Shown: piece after piece, positions 1 to 9,564 of the stretch | Layout of the letters: the number at the start of each line of letters is the position of its first letter | How positions within the stretch are numbered: the stretch's first letter is position 1 | DNA from: Candidatus Binatia bacterium | GTDB lineage: Bacteria > Patescibacteriota > Saccharimonadia > Saccharimonadales > UBA10212 | Reading direction: 5' to 3' | Length of the DNA: 39,959 bases | NCBI GenBank assembly: GCA_035542755.1 | Contig: DATKKU010000009.1 | Location: 1 to 39,959 of the forward strand | Made by a program: the position numbers and the translations under genes | The notes under the pieces: generated by a model | Databases searched by the model: none | Told to the model about the DNA's origin: nothing | The model's input: the letters and a program-made list of their open reading frames with translations, nothing else

Positions 1-1209
1 ATAGAAATTGACGCCGCCAGCAACCGCCGCATTGACGAAATCAGAGATCTGCGCGACAAGGTGCATATTACGCCAACCTCGGCCAAATATAAGGTGTACA
101 TTATTGACGAAGTGCACATGCTAACCCGCGAGGCTTTTAACGCTCTGCTAAAGACCTTAGAAGAGCCGCCGCAGCACGTAATATTTATCTTAGCCACCAC
201 CGAGTCGCACAAACTACCCGACACAATTGTTAGCCGCACCCAGCGCTATAACTTTAAGGCTATGTCTGCTGAAGTTACCTATACCCAGCTGGCAAGTATT
301 GCCAAAAAAGAGAAGATGAAGGCCGACGAGCCGGCGCTGCGCCTGCTGGCCGAGTTCGGCGACGGCAGTATGCGCGATAGCATTAGTTTGCTGGACCAAC
401 TGGGCTCCGGCGGCCAGCACGTGACCGAGGCCGTGGTGCGCGAGCAGCTGGGCCTGCCGGAAGATAAAATGATAACTGCTCTTTTAAAGGCCACGGACGA
501 GGGCAGGTCAAAAGACATCTTAAATCTAGTGGACAAACTGCGGGCTGAAGCTTCGGACCCGGTCAACGTAGCTAAATTACTTGCTAAATCACTGCGCCAG
601 GCTGCTTCTAACGACCAGGACTACTCTGTGGACCTGCTGCGAGACCTACTGGAGGTTAGCTCTAGCTCTAAGCCCTTTGACACGCTGGAAATAGCTCTCC
701 TGGAGGCGGCATCGCAGATTGAGTCAGATAACCCTGTTCAGCCTCAGCCCGAGGTTGTTGAAGAAATAGTAACAGAAACTGAAGAGCCAGAACCAGAAGA
801 GGTTGCCGAAGCTGAGCCACAGCCCCAAAGGCAAAAAGCCGTAACTAAGGCAGGCAACTTTGATTTATCAATGTGGGACGATGTGCTAACAGTTGTTAAA
901 CGCCAAGCTCCATCGCTATATACAGCGCTGCGCCTAGCGGTGCCGACGCTGGACGGCACAAGCCTAACCCTAGCCTTTGAGTTTGCACTGCATCAAAAAA
1001 AGCTAGACCAGGCCAAGCAAAAAGACGTAGTCGCCGCGGCTATAGAGGAAATATCCGGCGCCAAGCTTTTAATCACATGCATAGTGGATAAAACCCAGGC
1101 TCGCTCTAACAGTAGTGAGTCGGCCAGTTTATACACGGCCGATAAGCCCGACGAGCAACTTGAAACCATAAACAATATTTTCGGCTCGGCTGAAGTGTTA
1201 GAATCCTAA
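1..1209 (+). CDS. dnaX: DNA polymerase III subunit gamma/tau (5' end cut by window edge)
   Basis: Frame 1 is open from nt 1 (IEIDAASNRRIDEIRDLRDKV..., AAA+ clamp-loader motifs) and runs into listed ORF 61..1209. It has an acidic P/E-rich linker and a C-terminal domain. Synteny is classic dnaX...ybaB-recR. Confidence 0.9.
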   Translation: MEIDAASNRRIDEIRDLRDKVHITPTSAKYKVYIIDEVHMLTREAFNALLKTLEEPPQHVIFILATTESHKLPDTIVSRTQRYNFKAMSAEVTYTQLASIAKKEKMKADEPALRLLAEFGDGSMRDSISLLDQLGSGGQHVTEAVVREQLGLPEDKMITALLKATDEGRSKDILNLVDKLRAEASDPVNVAKLLAKSLRQAASNDQDYSVDLLRDLLEVSSSSKPFDTLEIALLEAASQIESDNPVQPQPEVVEEIVTETEEPEPEEVAEAEPQPQRQKAVTKAGNFDLSMWDDVLTVVKRQAPSLYTALRLAVPTLDGTSLTLAFEFALHQKKLDQAKQKDVVAAAIEEISGAKLLITCIVDKTQARSNSSESASLYTADKPDEQLETINNIFGSAEVLES

Positions 1210-1226
1210 GGGTAGAGGGGTAGTTT

Positions 1227-2594
1227 ATGGACGACGTTATTGCAAAGGCTAGTACACAGCCTCAGAATCTAGATGTAGAAGCCAGTTTGCTGGGCGGCCT
1301 ACTGATAGATTCTGATGGATTTTTAAAGATTAGCGACATAATTGAGGCCGACGATTTTTTTGACCAGCGCCACCGAGTAATCTTTGCTGGCATGCGCACC
1401 ATTTATAACAAGCGAAGCCCGCTTGATATTTTAACTCTAAGCGAGCAGCTAAAAAGTTCCAAGCAGCTGGATTCGGTAGGCGGCGCCAGCTACTTGACCG
1501 AACTTACTAACACTGTGCCGACCGCCGCTCACATTGAGCAGTACGCTGAAATTGTAGCCGACAAGGCCATCCGCCGCCGCCTAATTTCGGCCTCGCAGGA
1601 CATCGCGGCAGTAGGGTTTGACGAAAAAAAAAGCGTGCAGGAACTGATTGAGGAAGCCGAAACCAGGTTATTTGAAGTCAGTAATCGCCACGTCAAGCAA
1701 GATATTACCAGCCTGGAGTCAATCCTGGGCGAAAGTTTTGACCGCATTGACGATTTGCACCGCAATAAAGGCGGCCTGCGCGGTATCCCGACTGGTTTAA
1801 ATGACGTAGACAAGGCCCTAGCCGGCCTGCAGCGCTCGGACCTGGTCGTCATTGCCGCCCGCCCATCCATGGGTAAAACGGCTTTGATGCTCAATATGTC
1901 GCTGGATATTGCTACAAAGGCCAAGCAGGGCGCGGTGCTGTACTTTAGCCTGGAGATGAGCAAAGAACAGCTAGTAGACCGCCTACTGGCCGCCGAGGCC
2001 GGCGTAGACGCCTGGAAGCTTAGGACTGGCGAGAATATGACCGACAAAGACTTTGAGCGCTTGAGCGCCGCTATGGGCCAGCTGGCCGAGGCACCAATCT
2101 TTATAGACGATACTTCCGGCATAACCGTCAGTGACATGCGCACCAAGGCCCGCCGCCTACATCACCAGCACCCGCTAGCTGTAATTATGGTGGACTACTT
2201 GCAGTTGATGAGCGGCGGCTCGCGCTTTGCGTCGGTTGCCAACCGCGTGCAGGAAATTTCTGAAATTAGCCGCAGCCTTAAAATATTGGCTCGCGAACTA
2301 AACGTACCAGTAGTGGCCGCCAGCCAGCTAAGCCGCTCAGTAGAAAACCGCAGCCCGCAAATCCCGCAACTGGCAGACCTGCGCGAGTCTGGTTCTATTG
2401 AACAAGACGCCGACGTCGTAGCCTTTTTGTACCGTGAAGAATACTATAACCCCGAAACCGACAAGCAAAACATTACCGACATATTAATAAAAAAACACCG
2501 CAATGGCCCAACTAAAAATATAGAAGTTTACTTTGACCGCGACCGCCAGCGCTTCCGCGACCTGGATACCAAGCACGACCAGCCATTTGAGTAA
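1227..2594 (+). CDS. dnaB: replicative DNA helicase
   Basis: 455 aa with Walker A ARPSMGKT, IMVDYLQLM, SQLSR and DLRESGSIEQDADVV motifs typical of DnaB. An SD-like gagggg lies upstream of the ATG. Confidence 0.95.
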   Translation: MDDVIAKASTQPQNLDVEASLLGGLLIDSDGFLKISDIIEADDFFDQRHRVIFAGMRTIYNKRSPLDILTLSEQLKSSKQLDSVGGASYLTELTNTVPTAAHIEQYAEIVADKAIRRRLISASQDIAAVGFDEKKSVQELIEEAETRLFEVSNRHVKQDITSLESILGESFDRIDDLHRNKGGLRGIPTGLNDVDKALAGLQRSDLVVIAARPSMGKTALMLNMSLDIATKAKQGAVLYFSLEMSKEQLVDRLLAAEAGVDAWKLRTGENMTDKDFERLSAAMGQLAEAPIFIDDTSGITVSDMRTKARRLHHQHPLAVIMVDYLQLMSGGSRFASVANRVQEISEISRSLKILARELNVPVVAASQLSRSVENRSPQIPQLADLRESGSIEQDADVVAFLYREEYYNPETDKQNITDILIKKHRNGPTKNIEVYFDRDRQRFRDLDTKHDQPFE

Positions 2595-2597
2595 ATT

Positions 2598-3797
2598 TTG
2601 TTATACTTAACCAATATGTTAGCCCGCCTTAGGCCTGATTTTTCGTGGAGACCGACGCGCACTTTAGTAGTCTACTCAAGTGTTTGGGTAGCTGTTGCGA
2701 TACTGTTTTTGTGGTCACTGGGCACGCAGCCGGCCGGTTTAAGTCCCGCAGAACTAGTTACCAAGCAAACCAGTAATTTAACAGCGCTGGGCAATAATGT
2801 ATTTTATGCCCCATGGAGGTTGATGCAGGACCTCTTTTTACACATAAATCCTCATTCTTCGTTTTTAATGCGCCTGCCATCGGTAATTTTTGGCCTGTCG
2901 TTTCTAGCCGTATTTTATTGGCTGCTGGCCGGATGGCTGGGCAAACCGATTGCCATTTTAAGCACCGCGCTGCTGGGCGTTACGCCGCTTTATCTGCTTC
3001 TGTCACGAGACGGCACGCCGCGGGTGCTCAATATGTCGCTGCTGGCGCTGGTTGGCGGCTATGTTTGGATTACTCGTTCAAAAGGCAGCGCTAGAGCTTG
3101 GATTGGCTTTGGCCTGGCGATAGTACTTTGTCTATACGTGCCGGGGCTAATTTGGTTTCTGCTAATTGGGGCGGCTATGAAACGCCGGTCAATTGCCGCA
3201 GCACTAAGAAACGGCACCGCAAGACCGGGAAGTATTTTTTTGGCTTGCCTGCTTATCTTGCTTTTGCCGATAGTAATTACGCTGGTGCGAGAACCGCGCC
3301 TGGTGCGGGCCTACTTATTGATTCCGACACACTTTGGCGAGCCATTGCAGCAGCTAAAGAACTTTGGCTGGATGATTTGGTCATTATTTATTCAAACCGG
3401 CCAGCACGAAACCTTAATACTGGGCAGGTTGCCAATCCTTGATGCTGCCCAAATAGGGTTGATGGTCTTTGGCGGTTACGTTATGTGGACGCGTTTGAAG
3501 TCGCCGCTTTATTGGCTTATCGGAACGGTACTGCTTAGCTGCCTGCTGGCTGGTCTCAATAATAATTTTTATCTACTGGCCATAAGTTTGCCATTTTTGG
3601 CGATTTTGGTCGCTATGGGACTTAGATATTTGTTTATTGAGTGGGTGCACATTTTTCCGCGTAATCCGCTGCCACGCTACTTTGCCATCACCCTGATGGC
3701 TGCCGTTGTCTTAATTCATGTGTTTTACGGCGTCCGCTATGGTCTGGCGGCCTGGCCGCATAGTTTGGCCGTAAATCATCTGTACGTGTTAAAATAA
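2598..3797 (+). CDS. polytopic integral membrane protein (GT-C/ArnT-like topology, function unassigned)
   Basis: 399-aa ORF with about 10-11 hydrophobic helices. The TTG start at 2598 is uncertain (alternative ATG at 2616). No diagnostic catalytic motif was recognised. Confidence 0.5.
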   Translation: MLYLTNMLARLRPDFSWRPTRTLVVYSSVWVAVAILFLWSLGTQPAGLSPAELVTKQTSNLTALGNNVFYAPWRLMQDLFLHINPHSSFLMRLPSVIFGLSFLAVFYWLLAGWLGKPIAILSTALLGVTPLYLLLSRDGTPRVLNMSLLALVGGYVWITRSKGSARAWIGFGLAIVLCLYVPGLIWFLLIGAAMKRRSIAAALRNGTARPGSIFLACLLILLLPIVITLVREPRLVRAYLLIPTHFGEPLQQLKNFGWMIWSLFIQTGQHETLILGRLPILDAAQIGLMVFGGYVMWTRLKSPLYWLIGTVLLSCLLAGLNNNFYLLAISLPFLAILVAMGLRYLFIEWVHIFPRNPLPRYFAITLMAAVVLIHVFYGVRYGLAAWPHSLAVNHLYVLK

Positions 3798-3818
3798 ACA
3801 GATAAAGAAGGACTAAAT

Positions 3819-4115
3819 ATGGCTAATAAAATGGACCAGGCCAAGCTATTGATGAAGGCCCGCAAACTTCAAAAAGAGCTGGCCAACGAAATAATTTCGG
3901 TTGAGGCCGGCGAAGGGGCAGTCAGGATTGAGATTACCGGCGAGCAAAAAATTAAGAAAATTCACATTGATCCCGACTTAATAGATCTAGACGACATTGG
4001 CGAGCTGGAACTGTGGATTGAAAAAGCCGTCCGCGAAGCTATCAATCAAAGTCAGCAGCTAGCCGCTGAAAAAATGCAGCCAATGATGGGTATGCTGGGC
4101 AACCTGGGTCTTTAG
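3819..4115 (+). CDS. ybaB: YbaB/EbfC family nucleoid-associated protein
   Basis: 98 aa with a KLQKEL...VEAGEGAVRIEITGEQKIKKIHIDPDL pattern. It sits immediately upstream of recR, and an SD agaagga is present. Confidence 0.85.
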   Translation: MANKMDQAKLLMKARKLQKELANEIISVEAGEGAVRIEITGEQKIKKIHIDPDLIDLDDIGELELWIEKAVREAINQSQQLAAEKMQPMMGMLGNLGL

Positions 4116-4138
4116 CTTGTTGATAAGAGGGTAAACTT

Positions 4139-4750
4139 TTGAGTTCTATAATTCCAAAACCGCTAGCCGAGTTGATTGAGGCCTTTGGCCAACTGCCAGG
4201 CGTGGGTCCAAGAACGGCCGAACGCTATGCTTACTATTTGCTCAAAGCCGACCCGTCTAAGTCGGCTATCCTGGCCGAAGCCGCTGCCAACCTGCACGAA
4301 CAAATTTCTACCTGCCCAAAAACTTTTGCCCTGATTGAAGCCGGTCAAAAATATAGCTCGCTTTATACCGACCCCAGACGCAACAAGCAGGTGGTGGCCG
4401 TTGTAGCTGATGCCTTTGATATTGTGGCTCTGGAAAAGACCAATAGCTATAACGGTACTTATCATGTGCTGGGCGGACTACTGTCGCCCATTGACGGCGT
4501 AGGACCCGACCAGCTGCGGGTAAAAGAACTTATGAAGCGAGTTGACGACGATGGGGTTGAGGAACTAATTTTGGCCACCAATGCCAGCGTTGAAGGCGAA
4601 AGTACCGCCCTTTTAATCACTCAACGCCTAGGCAAACGCCCAGTTAAACTAACGCGGCTGGCTCGCGGCTTGCCGGTGGGTGTGGATTTGGAGTACGCTG
4701 ACCAAATTACTCTTACTCGTGCCCTTGAGGGCCGCCAAGCCCTCATCTAG
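4139..4750 (+). CDS. recR: recombination protein RecR (zinc-finger cysteines largely missing)
   Basis: 203 aa with an N-terminal HhH (LPGVGPRTAERYA) and a Toprim region (HVLGGLLSPIDGVGPDQL, ELILATNASVEGESTA). TTG start with SD aagaggg 7 nt upstream. Confidence 0.9.
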   Translation: MSSIIPKPLAELIEAFGQLPGVGPRTAERYAYYLLKADPSKSAILAEAAANLHEQISTCPKTFALIEAGQKYSSLYTDPRRNKQVVAVVADAFDIVALEKTNSYNGTYHVLGGLLSPIDGVGPDQLRVKELMKRVDDDGVEELILATNASVEGESTALLITQRLGKRPVKLTRLARGLPVGVDLEYADQITLTRALEGRQALI

Positions 4751-4773
4751 AAACTAGGACGGCCAAGGCCTGC

Positions 4774-4792
4774 CAACCAGCCAAGCTGGTTG
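4774..4792 (+). terminator. hairpin just downstream of recR (8 bp stem, CAA loop), no T-tract
   Basis: cAACCAGC-caa-GCTGGTTg read directly. It lacks a U-tract, so terminator function is uncertain. Confidence 0.3.
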
Positions 4793-4806
4793 CACCGCCC
4801 GGCCTA

Positions 4807-4842
4807 TTAAGTAATCGCTTCGTTTTAAGTAATCGCTTCGTT
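4807..4842. repeat. perfect tandem duplication, 2 x 18 bp (ttaagtaatcgcttcgtt)
   Basis: 4807-4824 and 4825-4842 are identical. The repeat lies inside the recR-nrnA intergenic region. Confidence 0.95.
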
Positions 4843-4946
4843 GCCGGCTGCGGCGTTCACTCAACGTATCACCTATACGTCTTGCTCCACTCCTCGCCGG
4901 CGCCTTGCGCTTATCTTAATCCTAGTTCCTAGACAGGACTCTAAGG

Positions 4947-4955
4947 TGTTACAAT
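4947..4955 (+). promoter_or_regulatory. extended -10 (TGtTACAAT) positioned for a leaderless nrnA-like transcript
   Basis: TGnTACAAT ends 7 nt before the ATG at 4963. No SD lies in between. Confidence 0.5.
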
Positions 4956-4962
4956 AAGCGCA

Positions 4963-5982
4963 ATGACAAATTATCCCGAAGCCGAGCAGATTAAATCTAT
5001 CTTAGATTCTGCTAACAAAATTGTGGTCGTCCAGGCCGACAATCCCGATGCCGACAGTCTGGCGAGTTCGCTGGCGCTAGAACACATTTTGGAAGAAATG
5101 GGCAAGCAGGTGTCGCTTTACTGCGGCGTAGATTTGCCGTCTTATTTAAAATATTTGCCCGGCTCTGACCGTGTGACGGCTGAGCTGCCAAGTGATTTTG
5201 ACGCCAGTATCATTGTTGATACCGGCAGCGACATGCTTCTGGAGCAACTCAATAAAACCAACACCAAGTCCTGGCTGGCTTCTAAGCCGGCGATTGTCAT
5301 AGACCACCATTCTACAGAGCCAACGATTACTTTTGCGACGGTAGTCTGTAACCATGAGGCCGCCGCAACAGGCGAAATATTATATGAACTGGCAGCCCAG
5401 CTAAGCTGGCCACTTAACCTAGAGGCTAAAGAACTTATCGCCATAGCAATTTTAAGTGACACGCTGGGCCTAACCAGCGAAGGCGCTAGTGCCCGCACCA
5501 TCCACATCATGGCCGAGCTGGTTGATAGCGGCGTTAGCCTGGCCAAAATTGAAAACGCCCGCCGCGAGACTATGCGCCGCGAACAAGAACTTATTCATTA
5601 CAAAGGCCAGCTCCTGCAGCGAGTAGAGTTTTACGGAGACGGCAAAATTGCCATGCTGACCATCCCTTGGGATGAAATTGAAAAATATAGCCCGCTATAT
5701 AACCCGCCGATGCTGGTCATAGACGATATGCGCATGACTAAGGGTACTGATGTCGCCATTTGCTTCAAGCTTTATCCGGACGGCAAAATTACAGCTAAAA
5801 TTCGCAGCAATTACGGCAAAGGCATTGCCGGCAAACTAGCCGAACATTTTGGCGGCGGCGGACACGCCTATGCCAGCGGCTTTAAAATAACCGACGGCCG
5901 AAAATTTGAAGATATTAAAAACGAAGTTATCAAGATAGCCAGCGAATTGCTAGCACAAGAGGGCCCCGATGAAGCTGTATAA
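4963..5982 (+). CDS. DHH/DHHA1 family phosphoesterase (NrnA-like oligoribonuclease/pAp phosphatase)
   Basis: 339 aa with DNPDADSLAS, DTGS, VIDHHS and GGGGHAYASGF motifs. Confidence 0.8.
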   Translation: MTNYPEAEQIKSILDSANKIVVVQADNPDADSLASSLALEHILEEMGKQVSLYCGVDLPSYLKYLPGSDRVTAELPSDFDASIIVDTGSDMLLEQLNKTNTKSWLASKPAIVIDHHSTEPTITFATVVCNHEAAATGEILYELAAQLSWPLNLEAKELIAIAILSDTLGLTSEGASARTIHIMAELVDSGVSLAKIENARRETMRREQELIHYKGQLLQRVEFYGDGKIAMLTIPWDEIEKYSPLYNPPMLVIDDMRMTKGTDVAICFKLYPDGKITAKIRSNYGKGIAGKLAEHFGGGGHAYASGFKITDGRKFEDIKNEVIKIASELLAQEGPDEAV

Positions 5983-7339
5983 CACGCTGACCAAGCAAGT
6001 TGAGGACCTAGAGCCCCAAAACCCAGATGCCGTTACTATCTACACTTGTGGCCCGACTGTTTATGACTATCCGCATATTGGCAACTGGTTTACCTTTATC
6101 CGCTATGACCTGCTGGTCAGGACGCTGAAGGCTAGCGGCCTGCAAACCAAGTGGGTGCTCAACATTACTGATGTTGGGCATTTGGTTAGCGATGCCGATG
6201 AGGGCGAGGACAAGCTGGAAAAGGGTGCTAGACGCGAAGGCAAAACCGCCTGGGAAGTTGCCGAGTTTTATACTGATTATTTTCTAAAGGGCCTGGAGCG
6301 ACTAAACATTACTAAGCCTGATGAGCTGCCAAGAGCGACCGCTCACATAGACGGTCAGATAGATTTTATAAAACAACTTGAGGCCAAGGGCTTTACCTAT
6401 AGAATCAGTGACGGCATTTATTACGACACCAGCAAATTTTCAAAATATGCGAACTTTGCCCAGCTGGACTTAGATGAACAACAAAGTTCAGACCGGGTAG
6501 AACCAAATCCAGAAAAACGTAATCCATCAGACTTTGCGCTTTGGAAATTTAGCCCCAAAGACCATCAACGTGATATGGAATGGGACAGCCCATGGGGTAA
6601 AGGTTTCCCCGGATGGCACATAGAGTGCTCGGCCATGGTTAAAGCCTATTTTGGCGACACCGTGGACATACATTCTGGTGGCATAGACCACGTGCCGGTG
6701 CATCACACCAACGAAATTGCTCAGTCCGAGGCCGTTACTGGCAAACCGCTGGCCAATATTTGGATGCACACCAACCACATTTTGCTCAACGACCAAAAAA
6801 TTGCCAAAAGCGAAGGCAACGGAATTACGTTAGAAGATATTGAAGCTAAGGGTTACGGTTTGCAAGATTTTAGGCTATTGGTTCTGCAATCACACTACCG
6901 CACGCAGTCCACCTTTAGCTGGGAAGTATTGCAAGCCGCTAGCAACAGTCTTAGCAACTTATCTGCATGGGCCGACCTGCGCTTTCAGCCCTTCATCAAC
7001 CCATTACCTGAAGAGCAGGTGGAGGCGGCAAAAAAGACTATCTTAGGGGCCATGGTTGATGACGACATAAATAGCCCCGCTGCCCTTGCCGTGCTAAATG
7101 GGCTAGTAGATGAGGGCCGCCCGAGTTCGGAGCTGCTTTCTTATATAGACTCCTTGCTGGGCACACGGTTTGCAGAAAGTGACGATATTAGCGAATCACA
7201 AAAACAACTAATTAGTGACCGCGAGCAGGCTAGAGAAGCCGGCAATTGGCAAAAGGCCGACGAGCTACGTAAACAACTGGCAGAGCAGGGGATTGAAATC
7301 AACGACACCGAGCACGGGCCGATTTGGTACCGGACTTAG
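5969..7339 (+). CDS. cysS: cysteine--tRNA ligase
   Basis: 456 aa with CGPTVYDYPHIGN (HIGH), WHIECSAM and a KIAKS (KMSKS-like) motif. It overlaps the upstream gene by 14 nt. Confidence 0.95.
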   Translation: MKLYNTLTKQVEDLEPQNPDAVTIYTCGPTVYDYPHIGNWFTFIRYDLLVRTLKASGLQTKWVLNITDVGHLVSDADEGEDKLEKGARREGKTAWEVAEFYTDYFLKGLERLNITKPDELPRATAHIDGQIDFIKQLEAKGFTYRISDGIYYDTSKFSKYANFAQLDLDEQQSSDRVEPNPEKRNPSDFALWKFSPKDHQRDMEWDSPWGKGFPGWHIECSAMVKAYFGDTVDIHSGGIDHVPVHHTNEIAQSEAVTGKPLANIWMHTNHILLNDQKIAKSEGNGITLEDIEAKGYGLQDFRLLVLQSHYRTQSTFSWEVLQAASNSLSNLSAWADLRFQPFINPLPEEQVEAAKKTILGAMVDDDINSPAALAVLNGLVDEGRPSSELLSYIDSLLGTRFAESDDISESQKQLISDREQAREAGNWQKADELRKQLAEQGIEINDTEHGPIWYRT

Positions 7340-8403
7340 GCGTTTTTTAGCCCGCGTTTACTAATTTGGTCTTCTACCAAAATTTTAATGGCGTTGGCTG
7401 TTGGTATGGCAATAATTGCGCCCAGGAAACCGGCAAAACCAATTCCGATAATAGCGGCCATAAACACAATTAGCGGCGATATGTTAGTTAGCTTGGACTG
7501 AATTACCGGCTGGATGGTGTGGCTTTCTATAAAGAAGTAGACAACGAAGTAAATCAGCATTATTAAGGCCAGACTAGCCGAAGTACTTAGGCACACCAGC
7601 ACGACGATAATCGTAGAAATCGGGTTGCCAAATAGCGGAATCAATGCAAAAACCGCCACTATGCCGGCCATAGCTAGGGCGTTGACAGATGAATCGGTTA
7701 GATGCGAGGCAATCTCTAGCGCTGCAAAGGCAAACACCCCGGCGATTATGCCGAGTATTACCTGGCCGTTTACAAAACCAGTTACGCCCCTATACATCTG
7801 ATGGGCCAGGTCTTTGTCGTGGGCCCTTCGCCCGGCAGGCATTAACCCAAAGAATGAGTCCAGCAGTTTTGGACCCTCAACCAGCATCATGAAGGTCATA
7901 ATTACCACCACAATAATAGACACAAAGGCCTCGGCCACCCGCTTGCCGGTGTCAAAAACCGTGCTGCCATAGTTGGCGTAGTTGTTGGCAAAATCTTTGG
8001 CGCCAGTGGTAATTTTATCGTCCAGCTTATAGCGCCGAGCCAGACGGGCGTAGTGAGTATCTTGATTTTGAAAACTATCAACAATTTGCGGAACATCGGA
8101 TATAAATGTCCGGGTTTGGCGAATTAGCGGAGGCGTTACTAGCGCAAAAAACAGGGCAATAAGGGCGATAACCATTAAGTAAGCGGCAGCTGTGGCTCTA
8201 ACCCGGCTTTCTATCTTTAGCCGGCGCGACATAGAGCTAACCACTGGATTAAGCGCCAGGGCCAAAAAGAAAGAAGCGAATATAAGAGTCAACTCGTGCG
8301 TGACCCGGCCAATAAATTTATAAAGCAGTATAAAAACCACAACCCATAAAAAGGTGCGGATAATAGTGCGGTTGGTGATGTTGATGGTTTCTTTACCGCT
8401 CAT
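7336..8403 (-). CDS. AI-2E family transporter (PerM-like permease)
   Basis: 355 aa and polytopic, with the typical AI-2E layout and a C-terminal IPTANAIKILVE-type segment. Confidence 0.75.
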   Translation of the reverse strand: MSGKETINITNRTIIRTFLWVVVFILLYKFIGRVTHELTLIFASFFLALALNPVVSSMSRRLKIESRVRATAAAYLMVIALIALFFALVTPPLIRQTRTFISDVPQIVDSFQNQDTHYARLARRYKLDDKITTGAKDFANNYANYGSTVFDTGKRVAEAFVSIIVVVIMTFMMLVEGPKLLDSFFGLMPAGRRAHDKDLAHQMYRGVTGFVNGQVILGIIAGVFAFAALEIASHLTDSSVNALAMAGIVAVFALIPLFGNPISTIIVVLVCLSTSASLALIMLIYFVVYFFIESHTIQPVIQSKLTNISPLIVFMAAIIGIGFAGFLGAIIAIPTANAIKILVEDQISKRGLKNA

Positions 8404-8412
8404 CGCTTGAGC

Positions 8413-9564
8413 TTAATTATGCCTGTTGCCGCGACGCTTGGCAATTGCCCGTGCATAAAGCGACTCTATTTGTTTGCCAACCACATTTATATCGTAGCGC
8501 TTAACTTCTGATGCCTGCCAGTTGTGTAGTTTTTGCCTGGGCGCAGCATTACTAAGTAAATCAATTAGCAATTTTGCTAATTCGCTTTTACTGCCGGGGT
8601 CAAACAGTAGCTGCGGCTTTTGATCCAGTACGCTGGCATAGCCCGGATTATTGCCGCCAATAACCACTCCCGAGCCAGCCGCCATGGCTTCTATCAATAC
8701 GATGCCAAAACTTTCGCCGCCCAAAGATGGAAAGCAGGCCACTGTACCACTGGCCAAAAAGTCCGGCCGATGCCTGTTATCAATAAAGCCTTTAAACTCA
8801 ATATTTCTGCCAAGGCCTAGTTTGCTTACAAGCTTGGCAAGTTCGGCCTGTTGCGGCCCCTTGCCGCCGATTAGCAGCCTTGCATCGGGTATGGTGTCTA
8901 CGACCAGCCGAAAGGCCTCAATCAGCTGCCGGCAGCCCTTGCGGCTGACTAATCTGCCCAGAAACACGACTTGGCCCGGTTTATTTTTGATGCCGGATTT
9001 AAAGCTGGCTACGTCAATGGTGTTGGGTATAACAGTGGTGTCTAGCCCAAAGACGGCTTTGGCAAAATTAGCAGCCGGCTGGCTAACGCTAACCACTTCG
9101 TCAAATTTTGATAAGCCGCCAAGATAAAGCGGTTTTAGCAACTTAGAGCCGTGTTTGGCGAGCCCATTCATCGGATAAACATGAAAAGTACCGACAATGG
9201 CAGTAGAACCGTCTGCGGCATTAACGACCTTTTGTGCCATAAACGGCGAGTGCGGCATCTGAACGTGCAGTACGTCAAGACCAAGCTCGCTAACTACTTC
9301 ACGGATAATTGCCCCGTTAGCCGGCAGGGGAATAGACATCCGGTTGCCGTTAAACGATACTTTTTGGTTACGCGACAGGCTATATACCTGGCCGTCAGCC
9401 CAACTAGTCATAACAGTTTGGCCCACCAGATAGCTGACGCTGTGGCCTTGCTGGCTCAGCCACTGGCCAATAATTTTTACCTGCCCGGCGACTCCATCCT
9501 GGCTGTCCAGCGTGTCATCAAAAACCAGGCCTATTTTAAGATGCTTTGGCGTGGATTTTTTCAT
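8413..9564 (-). CDS. glycosyltransferase family 4 (GT-B, Glycos_transf_1)
   Basis: GGESFGIVLIEAMAAG (EX7E region). The listed ORF extends to 9624, but ATG at 9564 (MKKSTPKHLKIGLVFDD) avoids most of the overlap with the upstream paralog. Confidence 0.8.
   Translation of the reverse strand: MKKSTPKHLKIGLVFDDTLDSQDGVAGQVKIIGQWLSQQGHSVSYLVGQTVMTSWADGQVYSLSRNQKVSFNGNRMSIPLPANGAIIREVVSELGLDVLHVQMPHSPFMAQKVVNAADGSTAIVGTFHVYPMNGLAKHGSKLLKPLYLGGLSKFDEVVSVSQPAANFAKAVFGLDTTVIPNTIDVASFKSGIKNKPGQVVFLGRLVSRKGCRQLIEAFRLVVDTIPDARLLIGGKGPQQAELAKLVSKLGLGRNIEFKGFIDNRHRPDFLASGTVACFPSLGGESFGIVLIEAMAAGSGVVIGGNNPGYASVLDQKPQLLFDPGSKSELAKLLIDLLSNAAPRQKLHNWQASEVKRYDINVVGKQIESLYARAIAKRRGNRHN

Noticed and set aside
996-1002. 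A AAA AAG heptamer in the zero frame of dnaX, identical to the E. coli gamma/tau -1 frameshift slippery site
   Set aside because: It lies only about 69 codons before the normal stop, in the C-terminal domain. The -1 frame stays open for 29 codons, and I see no strong downstream stem-loop or upstream SD-like stimulator. It is probably just a Lys-Lys codon pair.
4807-4842. CRISPR-like repeats
   Set aside because: There are only two directly abutting 18-bp copies with no spacers, and no cas genes anywhere in the window.
4751-4962. Possibility that the recR-nrnA spacer encodes SRP (4.5S) RNA, as ffs/scr neighbours dnaX-recR in some Firmicutes
   Set aside because: Neither strand contains the conserved domain IV signature (GGAA-type tetraloop flanked by AGCA / GUCAGG-like symmetric loop).
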